Shown piece after piece: positions 18,491 through 25,616 of a stretch of 64,000 nt of DNA; the first letter of the stretch is position 1; each line of letters begins with the position of its first letter. The translations under genes and the position numbers were made by a program. The notes under the pieces are model-generated. The model did no database searches. It worked only from the letters and a program-made list of their open reading frames with translations, and was not told the origin of the DNA. The DNA is taken from positions 12,985 to 76,984 of the forward strand of contig JBMOKT010000008.1 of assembly GCA_049323895.1 (NCBI GenBank), written 5' to 3'. The DNA comes from Bacillota bacterium (GTDB lineage: Bacteria > Bacillota > Peptococcia > Peptococcales > BICA1-8).

Positions 18491-18583
18491 GAAACCACCT
18501 CCTTTTTTACACAAGTTAATTAATTAAATGTTATTATCCGCCATTTTTTTTGTTTTATGTAAAGAGAGTCTCAGTTTTTACTA

Positions 18584-18616
18584 AGAAAAAGAAGGGGCAG
18601 ACCTCAGGTCCGCCCC
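18584..18616 (-). terminator. Intrinsic terminator after the SDH-protease gene
   Basis: Minus sense: GGGGCGGACctgaGGTCTGCCCC followed by ttctttttc. Confidence 0.7.
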
Positions 18617-18689
18617 CTATAAATACATATTAAATTTTTAAATTGAATCATTATTGTATAAATACAGCAATACTTTAGATTTTAATTTA

Positions 18690-19511
18690 CTAGGAATTAT
18701 CTCGATTATAGGGTATAGGTATATACTGGACTGAAGGGCGGCGGTTATTAGTCTGGGGATAGAGGTCCATTAACTTGTATACTTCATAGGGCATATCAGT
18801 ACTTACAAATAGTCCCAGCTCTTTTAATTCCTCATAACGGATTGGATAATCATGAGTCCAACGTCCTTCACTGAATACCTTAGCAAGCTCACAAGCCTTA
18901 TCCTGTGAAAAATGTTCCGCTAAAATAAAACACAAGGTTTCCTCTACCTGTTTGATGGCCTTCCTTGCTACATCAGCGTAGATTAAGGTCTCGTCATCTA
19001 TTTCATTGATATGTTTATCCTTAACTACACTCAGCAGAGAGACTGCCGGATATTGACCAAGCTGGGGATCCACCGGACCTAAGACTGCATTTTCATCCAT
19101 AACAATCCTATCTGCCGCCAGTGCAATCATTGTCCCGCCAGACATAGCATAGTGGGGAACAAAGACCGTAACATCTGCTTTATGTTTCTTAAGGGCATAA
19201 GCTATTTGTTCCGAAGCCAAAACTAATCCTCCAGGAGTATGCAAAATAATATCTATGGGCATATCAGTGGGTGTAAACCTTATTGCCCGCAGGATTTCTT
19301 CCGAATCCTCTATGTTGATAAATTTCCGAAAAGCAAAGCCTAAAAAACTCATGGATTCCTGCCTGTGTATCAGGGAAATTACCCTTGAGCCTCTCTTTTT
19401 CTCCAAATCCCGCATAATTCTGATACGGCTCATTTCTAAGGAGCGCTGCTTCAAAACAGGGATGAGCATAGATGCAATAAATAATAGCCAAAAAATACTG
19501 CCAAAATCCAT
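18690..19511 (-). CDS. SDH-family Clp-fold serine protease (membrane-anchored)
   Basis: 273 aa. N-terminal TM, then IILHTPGGLVLASEQIA...HYAMSGGTMIALAADRIVM, as in the SppA/ClpP-fold 'serine dehydrogenase proteinase' family. Confidence 0.7.
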   Translation of the reverse strand: MDFGSIFWLLFIASMLIPVLKQRSLEMSRIRIMRDLEKKRGSRVISLIHRQESMSFLGFAFRKFINIEDSEEILRAIRFTPTDMPIDIILHTPGGLVLASEQIAYALKKHKADVTVFVPHYAMSGGTMIALAADRIVMDENAVLGPVDPQLGQYPAVSLLSVVKDKHINEIDDETLIYADVARKAIKQVEETLCFILAEHFSQDKACELAKVFSEGRWTHDYPIRYEELKELGLFVSTDMPYEVYKLMDLYPQTNNRRPSVQYIPIPYNRDNS

Positions 19512-19550
19512 ATCATTTCCACCTCCAACACTACATTTGTTATACCCAAA

Positions 19551-20054
19551 TTAGAGAATATTTAAAAATCGGAGTTTTTTACGGCATTCCCGCCAGTTAG
19601 GACACGCCTTCTCAACTAAACGCCAAAATTTTGGTCCATGGTTTGCCTCTTGAAGGTGGCAGAGCTCATGGACAACTACATAACTTATTAAATCCAAAGG
19701 TGCATTCTTTAGTTTATGGGAAATATATATTTTTTTTGATCTTAGGCTGCAGCTACCCCAACGGCTTTGCTGTTTTTTAAAGGTTATGCTTTTGAAGAAG
19801 TAGTTGTAATACTCCTCATTTATTTTTTTGGCTAATTCGAACAGTTGTTTGTCATCGCTAATTTCACCAGCGATTAAGCTGATAGGTTGCTGTTTTATGT
19901 TTTGTGCTTTGTGCAAAAGTCTTTCCTGCAAAATCTTGATGTGTTCCTGCTGATGAGCTAAAGGAACATTGGCTGATATATATAAAACTATACGCCCATT
20001 ACGAATTATACCTGAAGAGTTCTTCTTATTTTTATAAATTATCTCAATTTCCAT
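19551..20054 (-). CDS. YgjP/DUF45-family (SprT/M48-like) metal-dependent hydrolase
   Basis: SRWGSCS and HELCHL motifs. Start moved to the ATG at 20054 (AAGGTGG 9 nt upstream), because the track GTG start lies inside repeat C1. Confidence 0.7.
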   Translation of the reverse strand: MEIEIIYKNKKNSSGIIRNGRIVLYISANVPLAHQQEHIKILQERLLHKAQNIKQQPISLIAGEISDDKQLFELAKKINEEYYNYFFKSITFKKQQSRWGSCSLRSKKIYISHKLKNAPLDLISYVVVHELCHLQEANHGPKFWRLVEKACPNWRECRKKLRFLNIL

Positions 20055-20074
20055 TTGTGAATTCCACCTTTTTC

Positions 20075-20177
20075 TTAGAAACACGGCTTGCGCCGAGCCT
20101 TTGGCGACTGCGGAAGCCGATGTTGCACTTATACTTATTACCTTGTAAAAGTTATACTATCCTGATAAGTATGAAAA
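20075..20177 (+). repeat. Family-C conserved element, copy 1 (about 100 nt)
   Basis: ttagaaacacggcttgcgccgagcctttggcgactgcggaagccgatgttgcacttatacttattaccttgtaaaagttatac... is nearly identical to 59751-59856 and highly similar to 40374-40477. Confidence 0.85.
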
Positions 20178-20215
20178 AGCAACCTCGTAAAGTTTAAAAA
20201 GGTTGCTTTTATTTT
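20174..20215. terminator. Bidirectional hairpin terminator (3' of repeat C1 and of the GGDEF gene)
   Basis: aaaaaGCAACCTcgtaaagtttaaaaAGGTTGCttttatttt. Confidence 0.7.
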
Positions 20216-21855
20216 GCCGTTTGGAGCAATTCTTTTGTATGGGTAATCATACCGCAAAACCCTTTTAACAAAACAGGATCATAATGGATACCGGAAAACT
20301 TTAATAGTTCCTCAATGGCTTGTTCTTTGGACATGGCTTCCTTATAAGGACGGTTGGTAGTGATAGCATCATAGCTGTCAATAATCCTTAAAATCCTTGC
20401 ACCTAAGGGTATCTTCTCCCCTTTAAGCCCAAAAGGATAGCCTGTTCCGTCAAAGTTTTCATGATGGTACAAAACAATATCCAGGGTCCCCTTTAAAGAC
20501 TTGAGGGGTCTGATAATATCGGCGCCCCATTGGGGATGCTGCTTGAATTGCTGCCATTCAGTATTGTTAAGTTTTTTAGGCTTGTTTAAAACTTCCCGGG
20601 ATATTTCTATTTTTCCAATATCGTGGAGTAAGGAGCCGTATAGTAAATCCTTGCCCAACTGGTCGTCCAAACCATACACCTCTGCAAACCTTTTTGATAA
20701 TTCCATAACCCTTTCCGAATGGCCATAGGTATACCTGTCCTTGGCATTAATTACCATACTGAGGGTCCTGATAGAATTAAACAGTTCCTTTTCTTCCTCT
20801 TTTAAAGAAAGGCTTAAATCATCGAAAACTGAATAATAGGTTTCAACTTTATTTTTACTGACAAACTTAGCCTTATATAAGGCTTCATCAGCCTTTTGGA
20901 TTAGTTTTTCTTTATTATCTGCCATGCTGGGAAATTCTGCAATACCTATAGAAATGGTTAATTTTCCTTTAGGCAGAACCTCCATTCCAGGAAAAACTGC
21001 CTGTTCAACCTGGCTGCGGATTTCTTCACCTAAGACCTTTGCCGGCTTTATCCCCACATTGGGCAGAATAATTGCAAACTCCTCACCACCGTAACGAGCA
21101 CAATACCCTAAAGTCCCCGCCATTTTTTTCAATATTTCTGCCACTTTTATTAAAACCTGGTCGCCTTTTTGATGCCCTAATGAGTCATTATAGACCTTAA
21201 AATAATCCAAATCTAAAAGCATAAGGTTTAGCTTTGAGTTGTTTTTCTTAGCTTGAATCAGTTCTTCATCAAGTATAGCTTGGAAGCTTCTGTGATTTAG
21301 TATATCGGTTAAGCTGTCGTGGGTGGCTAAACGTTCCAGTTCTGTTCTAATTTTCGCTTCAGTTTCGGTCATATTTCCTAAAAGCCAGGCAAGAAGAAAC
21401 AATATCCCACTTAGCATTATGTCTGCATCAAATGAAGCCGAGTCACTAATAATGGTAACATAAAATGATGATATGGAAGTTAAAATCGCCGCAGCGAATG
21501 ATAGCATTGTACCATATCTTAAAGCAGTGACCAATACAGGCATCAATAATACAATCTTAAATAAATTATCTTTTTCCGTCATAAATAAATAATTGGTGAG
21601 AAAAATAAAAAAAACAATGATTGCAAAATCTAAAATAACATTGCTTAACTCTGATTTGGTTTTTAATAAATTTAAAAACGGCAAAAAGGCTAAAACAAAA
21701 ATAAATAATAAGACATTGCCACTTTTGTCAATAATATTTTCATAGGAAAAATTAGCTGTTCTTAGCATTAAAATACCAAGTATTAAGAAAAATAATACTT
21801 GTGATACTAATATATAATTGTTCACGTAATTATTTCTTTTATTTTTTAGCTTCAA
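20209..21855 (-). CDS. Membrane-bound GGDEF plus HD-GYP dual-domain c-di-GMP signalling protein
   Basis: 548 aa. About 5-6 N-terminal TM segments, RYGGEEFAIILP (GGEEF), then LLHDIGK and HHENFDGTGYP (HD-GYP). Confidence 0.85.
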   Translation of the reverse strand: MKLKNKRNNYVNNYILVSQVLFFLILGILMLRTANFSYENIIDKSGNVLLFIFVLAFLPFLNLLKTKSELSNVILDFAIIVFFIFLTNYLFMTEKDNLFKIVLLMPVLVTALRYGTMLSFAAAILTSISSFYVTIISDSASFDADIMLSGILFLLAWLLGNMTETEAKIRTELERLATHDSLTDILNHRSFQAILDEELIQAKKNNSKLNLMLLDLDYFKVYNDSLGHQKGDQVLIKVAEILKKMAGTLGYCARYGGEEFAIILPNVGIKPAKVLGEEIRSQVEQAVFPGMEVLPKGKLTISIGIAEFPSMADNKEKLIQKADEALYKAKFVSKNKVETYYSVFDDLSLSLKEEEKELFNSIRTLSMVINAKDRYTYGHSERVMELSKRFAEVYGLDDQLGKDLLYGSLLHDIGKIEISREVLNKPKKLNNTEWQQFKQHPQWGADIIRPLKSLKGTLDIVLYHHENFDGTGYPFGLKGEKIPLGARILRIIDSYDAITTNRPYKEAMSKEQAIEELLKFSGIHYDPVLLKGFCGMITHTKELLQTAK

Positions 21856-21870
21856 CTTAAATTACCTCAC

Positions 21871-21903
21871 AATTAAAGATTGAGGTGGGCTTGTCCACCT
21901 CAA
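21871..21903 (-). terminator. Hairpin after agrD (possible partial terminator before the GGDEF gene)
   Basis: Minus sense: TTGAGGTGGacaagcCCACCTCAA followed by tctttaatt (only a moderate T-run). Confidence 0.45.
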
Positions 21904-21907
21904 TTCT

Positions 21908-22030
21908 TTATTTTTGTAAGCTCTTTGGTGTCTTAGGTTGATAGTTCCACCAAGTACAAGCAAAAGAGGAACTGATTGTTGCAAGCAACATTAATAGAGT
22001 AGAAATACCTACAAATAATGATTTTTTCAT
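21908..22030 (-). CDS. agrD: AgrD-like autoinducing-peptide precursor (40 aa): MKKSLFVGISTLLMLLATISSSFACTWWNYQPKTPKSLQK
   Basis: Not in the ORF track (<60 aa); translated by me. Its ATG overlaps the agrB stop (ATGA). It has an amphipathic leader, a single Cys followed by TWWN, then a Pro-containing charged tail (YQPKTPKSL) like clostridial AgrD. Confidence 0.75.
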   Translation of the reverse strand: MKKSLFVGISTLLMLLATISSSFACTWWNYQPKTPKSLQK

Positions 22031-22611
22031 TCTTGTACACCTCCTTTATTATTTAAGATGGGTATAAGAGTCAATGATTGGTAAAATATACCCAAAACAA
22101 TACTTAATTTCAAAACATTTGAATTTAAAACAAAATAAATAATAGTTGAAACTATCATAATAGATAATGAAGTTATTTTTAATTTTCTTTTAAAAGAAAG
22201 AGAAATTATTGGTTTTGCAGGGCTGTCTTGGGGAGCAAAACAAAAAACCAGAACAAAACTTAAAATAAGGAATAAAAAACTATAATTTACAAAAACAGTG
22301 AATAATAAATATTTATTTATAAATATACCAATTAATGTATATACTGCTGTTCCAAAAAATAAACATTTGAGAGGGGAGTCAAAATGAAAACCTCCGGATA
22401 CCTTTCTCAACAAACCGCCGAATATTGCAGCAACTGAAGCCGGAATTAGAGCTTCAAAAACAAAGGAAACAGCTACAATTAACAAAAATCCTCCCAGTTG
22501 CACAATAATATTTTCTATTGAATAAGCAATGATTTCTTTTTTTTCTTCATCATAGTTAAGTTCTTTTGTAATGAAATCAGTTAAAAATATACTCATTCTA
22601 GAATAAGTCAT
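22027..22611 (-). CDS. agrB: AgrB, accessory gene regulator B (AIP-processing membrane peptidase)
   Basis: 194 aa, polytopic. LLRKVSGGFHFDSPLKCLFFG carries the His-x6-Cys pair, spaced as in S. aureus AgrB H77/C84. Confidence 0.85.
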   Translation of the reverse strand: MTYSRMSIFLTDFITKELNYDEEKKEIIAYSIENIIVQLGGFLLIVAVSFVFEALIPASVAAIFGGLLRKVSGGFHFDSPLKCLFFGTAVYTLIGIFINKYLLFTVFVNYSFLFLILSFVLVFCFAPQDSPAKPIISLSFKRKLKITSLSIMIVSTIIYFVLNSNVLKLSIVLGIFYQSLTLIPILNNKGGVQE

Positions 22612-22615
22612 CTTT

Positions 22616-23059
22616 TCACCTTTTTCTAAAATAGTTTATAGAATATGGAATTAGAAATAATAGTATAACATATGGAAGAGAAATAATAATACGCATTCTA
22701 ATATCATAAGATAGAACTTCAGAAGAAACGTTTAGTATTTTAATCATTGTACTTGTAGATATGGTTTCTACTATAATCAAAATTAATATTGTACTAATAC
22801 TTACGACAATCGCCTTATTAATGCTAACTTCACCATACTTACTTACAATAAAAAATAATAAACCTATCGCAATGATTGTATGAACTCCAAAGGTAACAGG
22901 CATAAGTCTAATTAAATAGGATGATAGTGATAAAATGACACCAAAAGTAATTATTACTTTTATATTTAACTTTGATTTACTTAAAACTAAAGCTAGATAA
23001 ACAAGAAATATATTTTCAGGCACACCTAGAAACAACCATACTATAAAAGGCATCTTCAT
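22616..23059 (-). CDS. Polytopic membrane protein (147 aa), first gene of the agr unit
   Basis: 4-5 TM segments. Its stop is 4 nt from the agrB start. It resembles a stand-alone membrane sensor module; no kinase domain. Confidence 0.55.
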   Translation of the reverse strand: MKMPFIVWLFLGVPENIFLVYLALVLSKSKLNIKVIITFGVILSLSSYLIRLMPVTFGVHTIIAIGLLFFIVSKYGEVSINKAIVVSISTILILIIVETISTSTMIKILNVSSEVLSYDIRMRIIISLPYVILLFLIPYSINYFRKR

Positions 23060-23150
23060 TATGTAATTCCTCCTAGATAAATATCAATTTCCACAAAATA
23101 TTGGATTTTCCTACCAAAAACACAAAAAATTTTACTACATATTTTTATAT

Positions 23151-23178
23151 ATTTCTACATTTTTCCTCATTTTCCTAC
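23151..23178. promoter_or_regulatory. 28-bp module ATTTCTACAT-N7-CATTTTCCTAC, copy 1 (candidate regulator site upstream of the agr unit)
   Basis: Exact half-sites recur at 23372-23399. An extra half-site ATTTTCCTAC lies at 23105-23114. Copy 1 is about 90-120 bp upstream of the 22616..23059 start. Confidence 0.45.
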
Positions 23179-23371
23179 CTCGCTCCTTAATTGCCAGCAA
23201 ATTTCTTTGTATTCACAAGCAATTTTTCTGCAATATGAAAATGTCAACTAAACTATGAAAAATTATAAATGCTTGTGGCAAATCAAGCACAAATCTGTAG
23301 TAAATAATGACAAACAGCACTTCCATCAATTGCAGCAATCCCCTAAAAACATTTTAACTTTAAACTATTTC

Positions 23372-23399
23372 ATTTCTACATAAAGTTACATTTTCCTAC
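23372..23399. promoter_or_regulatory. 28-bp module ATTTCTACAT-N7-CATTTTCCTAC, copy 2
   Basis: Direct reading; same half-sites and the same 7-bp spacer length as copy 1. Confidence 0.45.
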
Positions 23400-23430
23400 A
23401 AATAAAACCATTTTTTGCAATTATTTTTTG

Positions 23431-23464
23431 TTAAAAAAACCGGGTTTACAATACCCGGTTTTTA
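23431..23464 (-). terminator. Intrinsic terminator of the hdr-flx operon
   Basis: Minus sense: AACCGGGTattgtaaACCCGGTT followed by ttttttt. Confidence 0.8.
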
Positions 23465-23486
23465 CAGTTACCTATAAAAGTTTTCT

Positions 23487-24326
23487 TTAGTACTCAGGGG
23501 GCAGGTCTTTTAGCTGCTCCATGGTAAATACCGGTCCATCCAGACAAACATAACATGAACCAATATTGCAGCGCCCACATTTTCCAATACCGCATTTCAT
23601 TCTCATTTCTAAAGTGGTAATAATATCAGTATCAGCAAAATTCATCTTCTTTAGACCTTGCAAAGTAAACTTAATCATGATGGGAGGTCCGCACAAGATG
23701 GTAACCTGGGGCTTGGGAGCAAGCTCCTCAACGTATGAAGGTACAAAACCCACATGCCCATCCCAGCCTTCTTCTTCCCTGTCGATTGTTACACAAACAT
23801 CCATATTGGGAACCTTGGGCCAATTTTCAAATAAGTCTTCTTTGAAACACAGGTCTCCTTTGCTTCTGGCACCATAAACAACTGTTAACTTGCCAAAGTC
23901 ATCCCGGTTTTTTACACAGTGCATAATCAGACTGCGTACAGGTGCCAGCCCTATACCGCCACCGATAAAGAGAATATCCTTCCCTTTACAGTAGTCTATA
24001 GGAAAACCATTGCCGTATGGTCCGCGAATACCCACTTCCTGCCCGACTTCTATTTCATGCAAGGAATTAGTCAATTGACCTACAGCCCTAATTGCCATTT
24101 CTATATGATTTTCACCCTTATTAGTGATAGAAAACATGCCTTCGCCTATAGCAGGCATTGATAGCATCCCCAACTGACCAGGCGCAGGGTCAAAAGGTAT
24201 TTTGCCATCTATGGTGCTGATGTGAAAGGTTTTTACATCATGGGTTTCCTGGACAATATCGATAATTTTCCCTCTTATAGGTACTAGAGGATTAATTCTT
24301 TTCACCTCTTCAGGAGTAATTGCCAA
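23487..24326 (-). CDS. FlxA-like FAD/NAD(P)-binding oxidoreductase with a C-terminal [2Fe-2S] motif (AsrB/HydG-like)
   Basis: 279 aa. TTG start with GGAGGG 6 nt upstream. GGGIGLAP nucleotide-binding motif. C-terminal CGIGKCGRCNIGSCYVC. Confidence 0.7.
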   Translation of the reverse strand: MAITPEEVKRINPLVPIRGKIIDIVQETHDVKTFHISTIDGKIPFDPAPGQLGMLSMPAIGEGMFSITNKGENHIEMAIRAVGQLTNSLHEIEVGQEVGIRGPYGNGFPIDYCKGKDILFIGGGIGLAPVRSLIMHCVKNRDDFGKLTVVYGARSKGDLCFKEDLFENWPKVPNMDVCVTIDREEEGWDGHVGFVPSYVEELAPKPQVTILCGPPIMIKFTLQGLKKMNFADTDIITTLEMRMKCGIGKCGRCNIGSCYVCLDGPVFTMEQLKDLPPEY

Positions 24327-24345
24327 TCTTCTCCCTCCTTTTCAT

Positions 24346-24476
24346 TAGTGGCTAATGTTAGTGGCTAGTTGTTAGTGGCTAGTGGCTAGTAAATAGTTAC
24401 TGGTGACTGGTGACTGGTGACTGGTTACTGGTTACTAGACAACGGTCGATGGCTAATAGTCGATAGCCAATAGCTA
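24346..24476. repeat. Family-A array block: (TAGTGGC)n, then (ACTGGTG/ACTGGTT)n, then cgatggctaatagtcgatagccaatagc
   Basis: ttagtggctaatgttagtggctagttgttagtggctagtggctagtaaatagttactggtgactggtgactggtgactggttactggttactag..., read directly. It starts 6 nt upstream of the flxA-like SD. Confidence 0.9.
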
Positions 24477-24563
24477 TATTTTTAAAAGCTGATTTACCAC
24501 GCTCCTGTTATTAGCTGGTAATAACAAATCCGTTGAATCTCAGTCCGCAAAGCAAAATCTAAT

Positions 24564-24603
24564 CTTTTTCTGTAGCCACTGTAGACACTGTAGCTACTGT
24601 AGG
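24564..24603. repeat. Family-A nonamer array CTTTTTCTGTAGcca CTGTAGaca CTGTAGcta CTGTAG
   Basis: Direct reading; it ends 11 nt from the stop of the flxB-like gene. Confidence 0.9.
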
Positions 24604-24614
24604 TTCTATTAGGT

Positions 24615-25604
24615 CTACGCTTCCTGTATCTTCTTAATAACAGACGTTATATCAAGGTTCACGGGGCATTTGGTTACACAACGTCCGCATCCTGTGCATA
24701 AAAGCATATTATACCTCTCTGGGAAGTAACGAAGCTTGTGCAAGAAACGGTTCCTGACCCGTTCCTTCTTGCCCGGTCTGGGCTGGTGTCCGCCGGCCAT
24801 CATTGTATATTCGTCAAACATACAGCAGTCCCAGCAGCGTATTTTGACTCCATCTTCCCCCCGCACTTCATTGGCAATGTCAAAACAGTGGCAGGTTGGA
24901 CATACATAGGCACAGGCACTGCAGTTCAGACATTTGCGGGAAATATCATCCCAGATGGGGTGGTCAAACATATCTTTCAGCTTCTCAGGAACACCTTCTA
25001 CATCTGCAGCCAGGGTGAACTCTCCCACCGCCGGAATAGCTGCATCTTCCTCTTGCAGAAGTCCGGAAACTTTATTTAGTATCTCTGTTCCCTTGTCAGA
25101 AAGAGGCTCAAACCCTATTTTCTCGCCTAAATCATAAGCTTGGATATCCGCACCTTGTCCTTTTTGAGGGTCTATACCCATAGATGAACAAAAGCAGGAA
25201 GCCATTGGTTTTACACAGCTTAAAGCGATAAAAATACTGCGATCCCTTTTTTCCTGATAATAGGGGTCTACAAAACCTTTAGTTAGAAAAACTTGGTCTA
25301 GGCAATCTATACTCTTCATATCACAGGAACGTACTCCAAATAGAACCTGAGTTTCTTTTTCACCGGGTATTTCTTCAATTTCCAGTGACTGATCCTTAGT
25401 CTTAAACTTATACATTTTCTCCGTTTGAGGGAAGAAAATATCCTTGGGAGGCATAACTACATTTTCCTCCAGGGCCAGTTCAACATCCTGCTGGTAAGGA
25501 GCAAACCTGGTGACTCCTTGGAATTTAGCAGGGACTAAGACCTTATATTCCTTGGCCAGTGATTCTAAAAACTGGGGTAAATTAGCCTTGGCTATAGTTT
25601 TCAT
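24615..25604 (-). CDS. FlxB-like iron-sulfur protein (AsrA/HydB-like 4Fe-4S dicluster protein)
   Basis: 329 aa. CLNCSACAYVCPTCHC and CTGCGRCVTKCP ferredoxin-type motifs. Confidence 0.65.
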   Translation of the reverse strand: MKTIAKANLPQFLESLAKEYKVLVPAKFQGVTRFAPYQQDVELALEENVVMPPKDIFFPQTEKMYKFKTKDQSLEIEEIPGEKETQVLFGVRSCDMKSIDCLDQVFLTKGFVDPYYQEKRDRSIFIALSCVKPMASCFCSSMGIDPQKGQGADIQAYDLGEKIGFEPLSDKGTEILNKVSGLLQEEDAAIPAVGEFTLAADVEGVPEKLKDMFDHPIWDDISRKCLNCSACAYVCPTCHCFDIANEVRGEDGVKIRCWDCCMFDEYTMMAGGHQPRPGKKERVRNRFLHKLRYFPERYNMLLCTGCGRCVTKCPVNLDITSVIKKIQEA

Positions 25605-25616
25605 CCTAACACCTCC

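Noticed and set aside
20075-20177. Family-C element as a group II intron domain V/VI fragment or a tRNA-like element (because of GAGCC...GGCGAC...GAAGCCG).
   Set aside because: It cannot be folded into the 34-nt domain V hairpin with the AGC triad geometry. No cloverleaf, T-loop or anticodon arm is present, and there is no intron-encoded ORF nearby.
23487-25604. Calling the 279- and 329-aa proteins anaerobic sulfite reductase AsrB/AsrA.
   Set aside because: No AsrC (siroheme subunit) is present. The genes are fused into an hdrCBA-mvhD unit, which fits the Flx-Hdr arrangement better.
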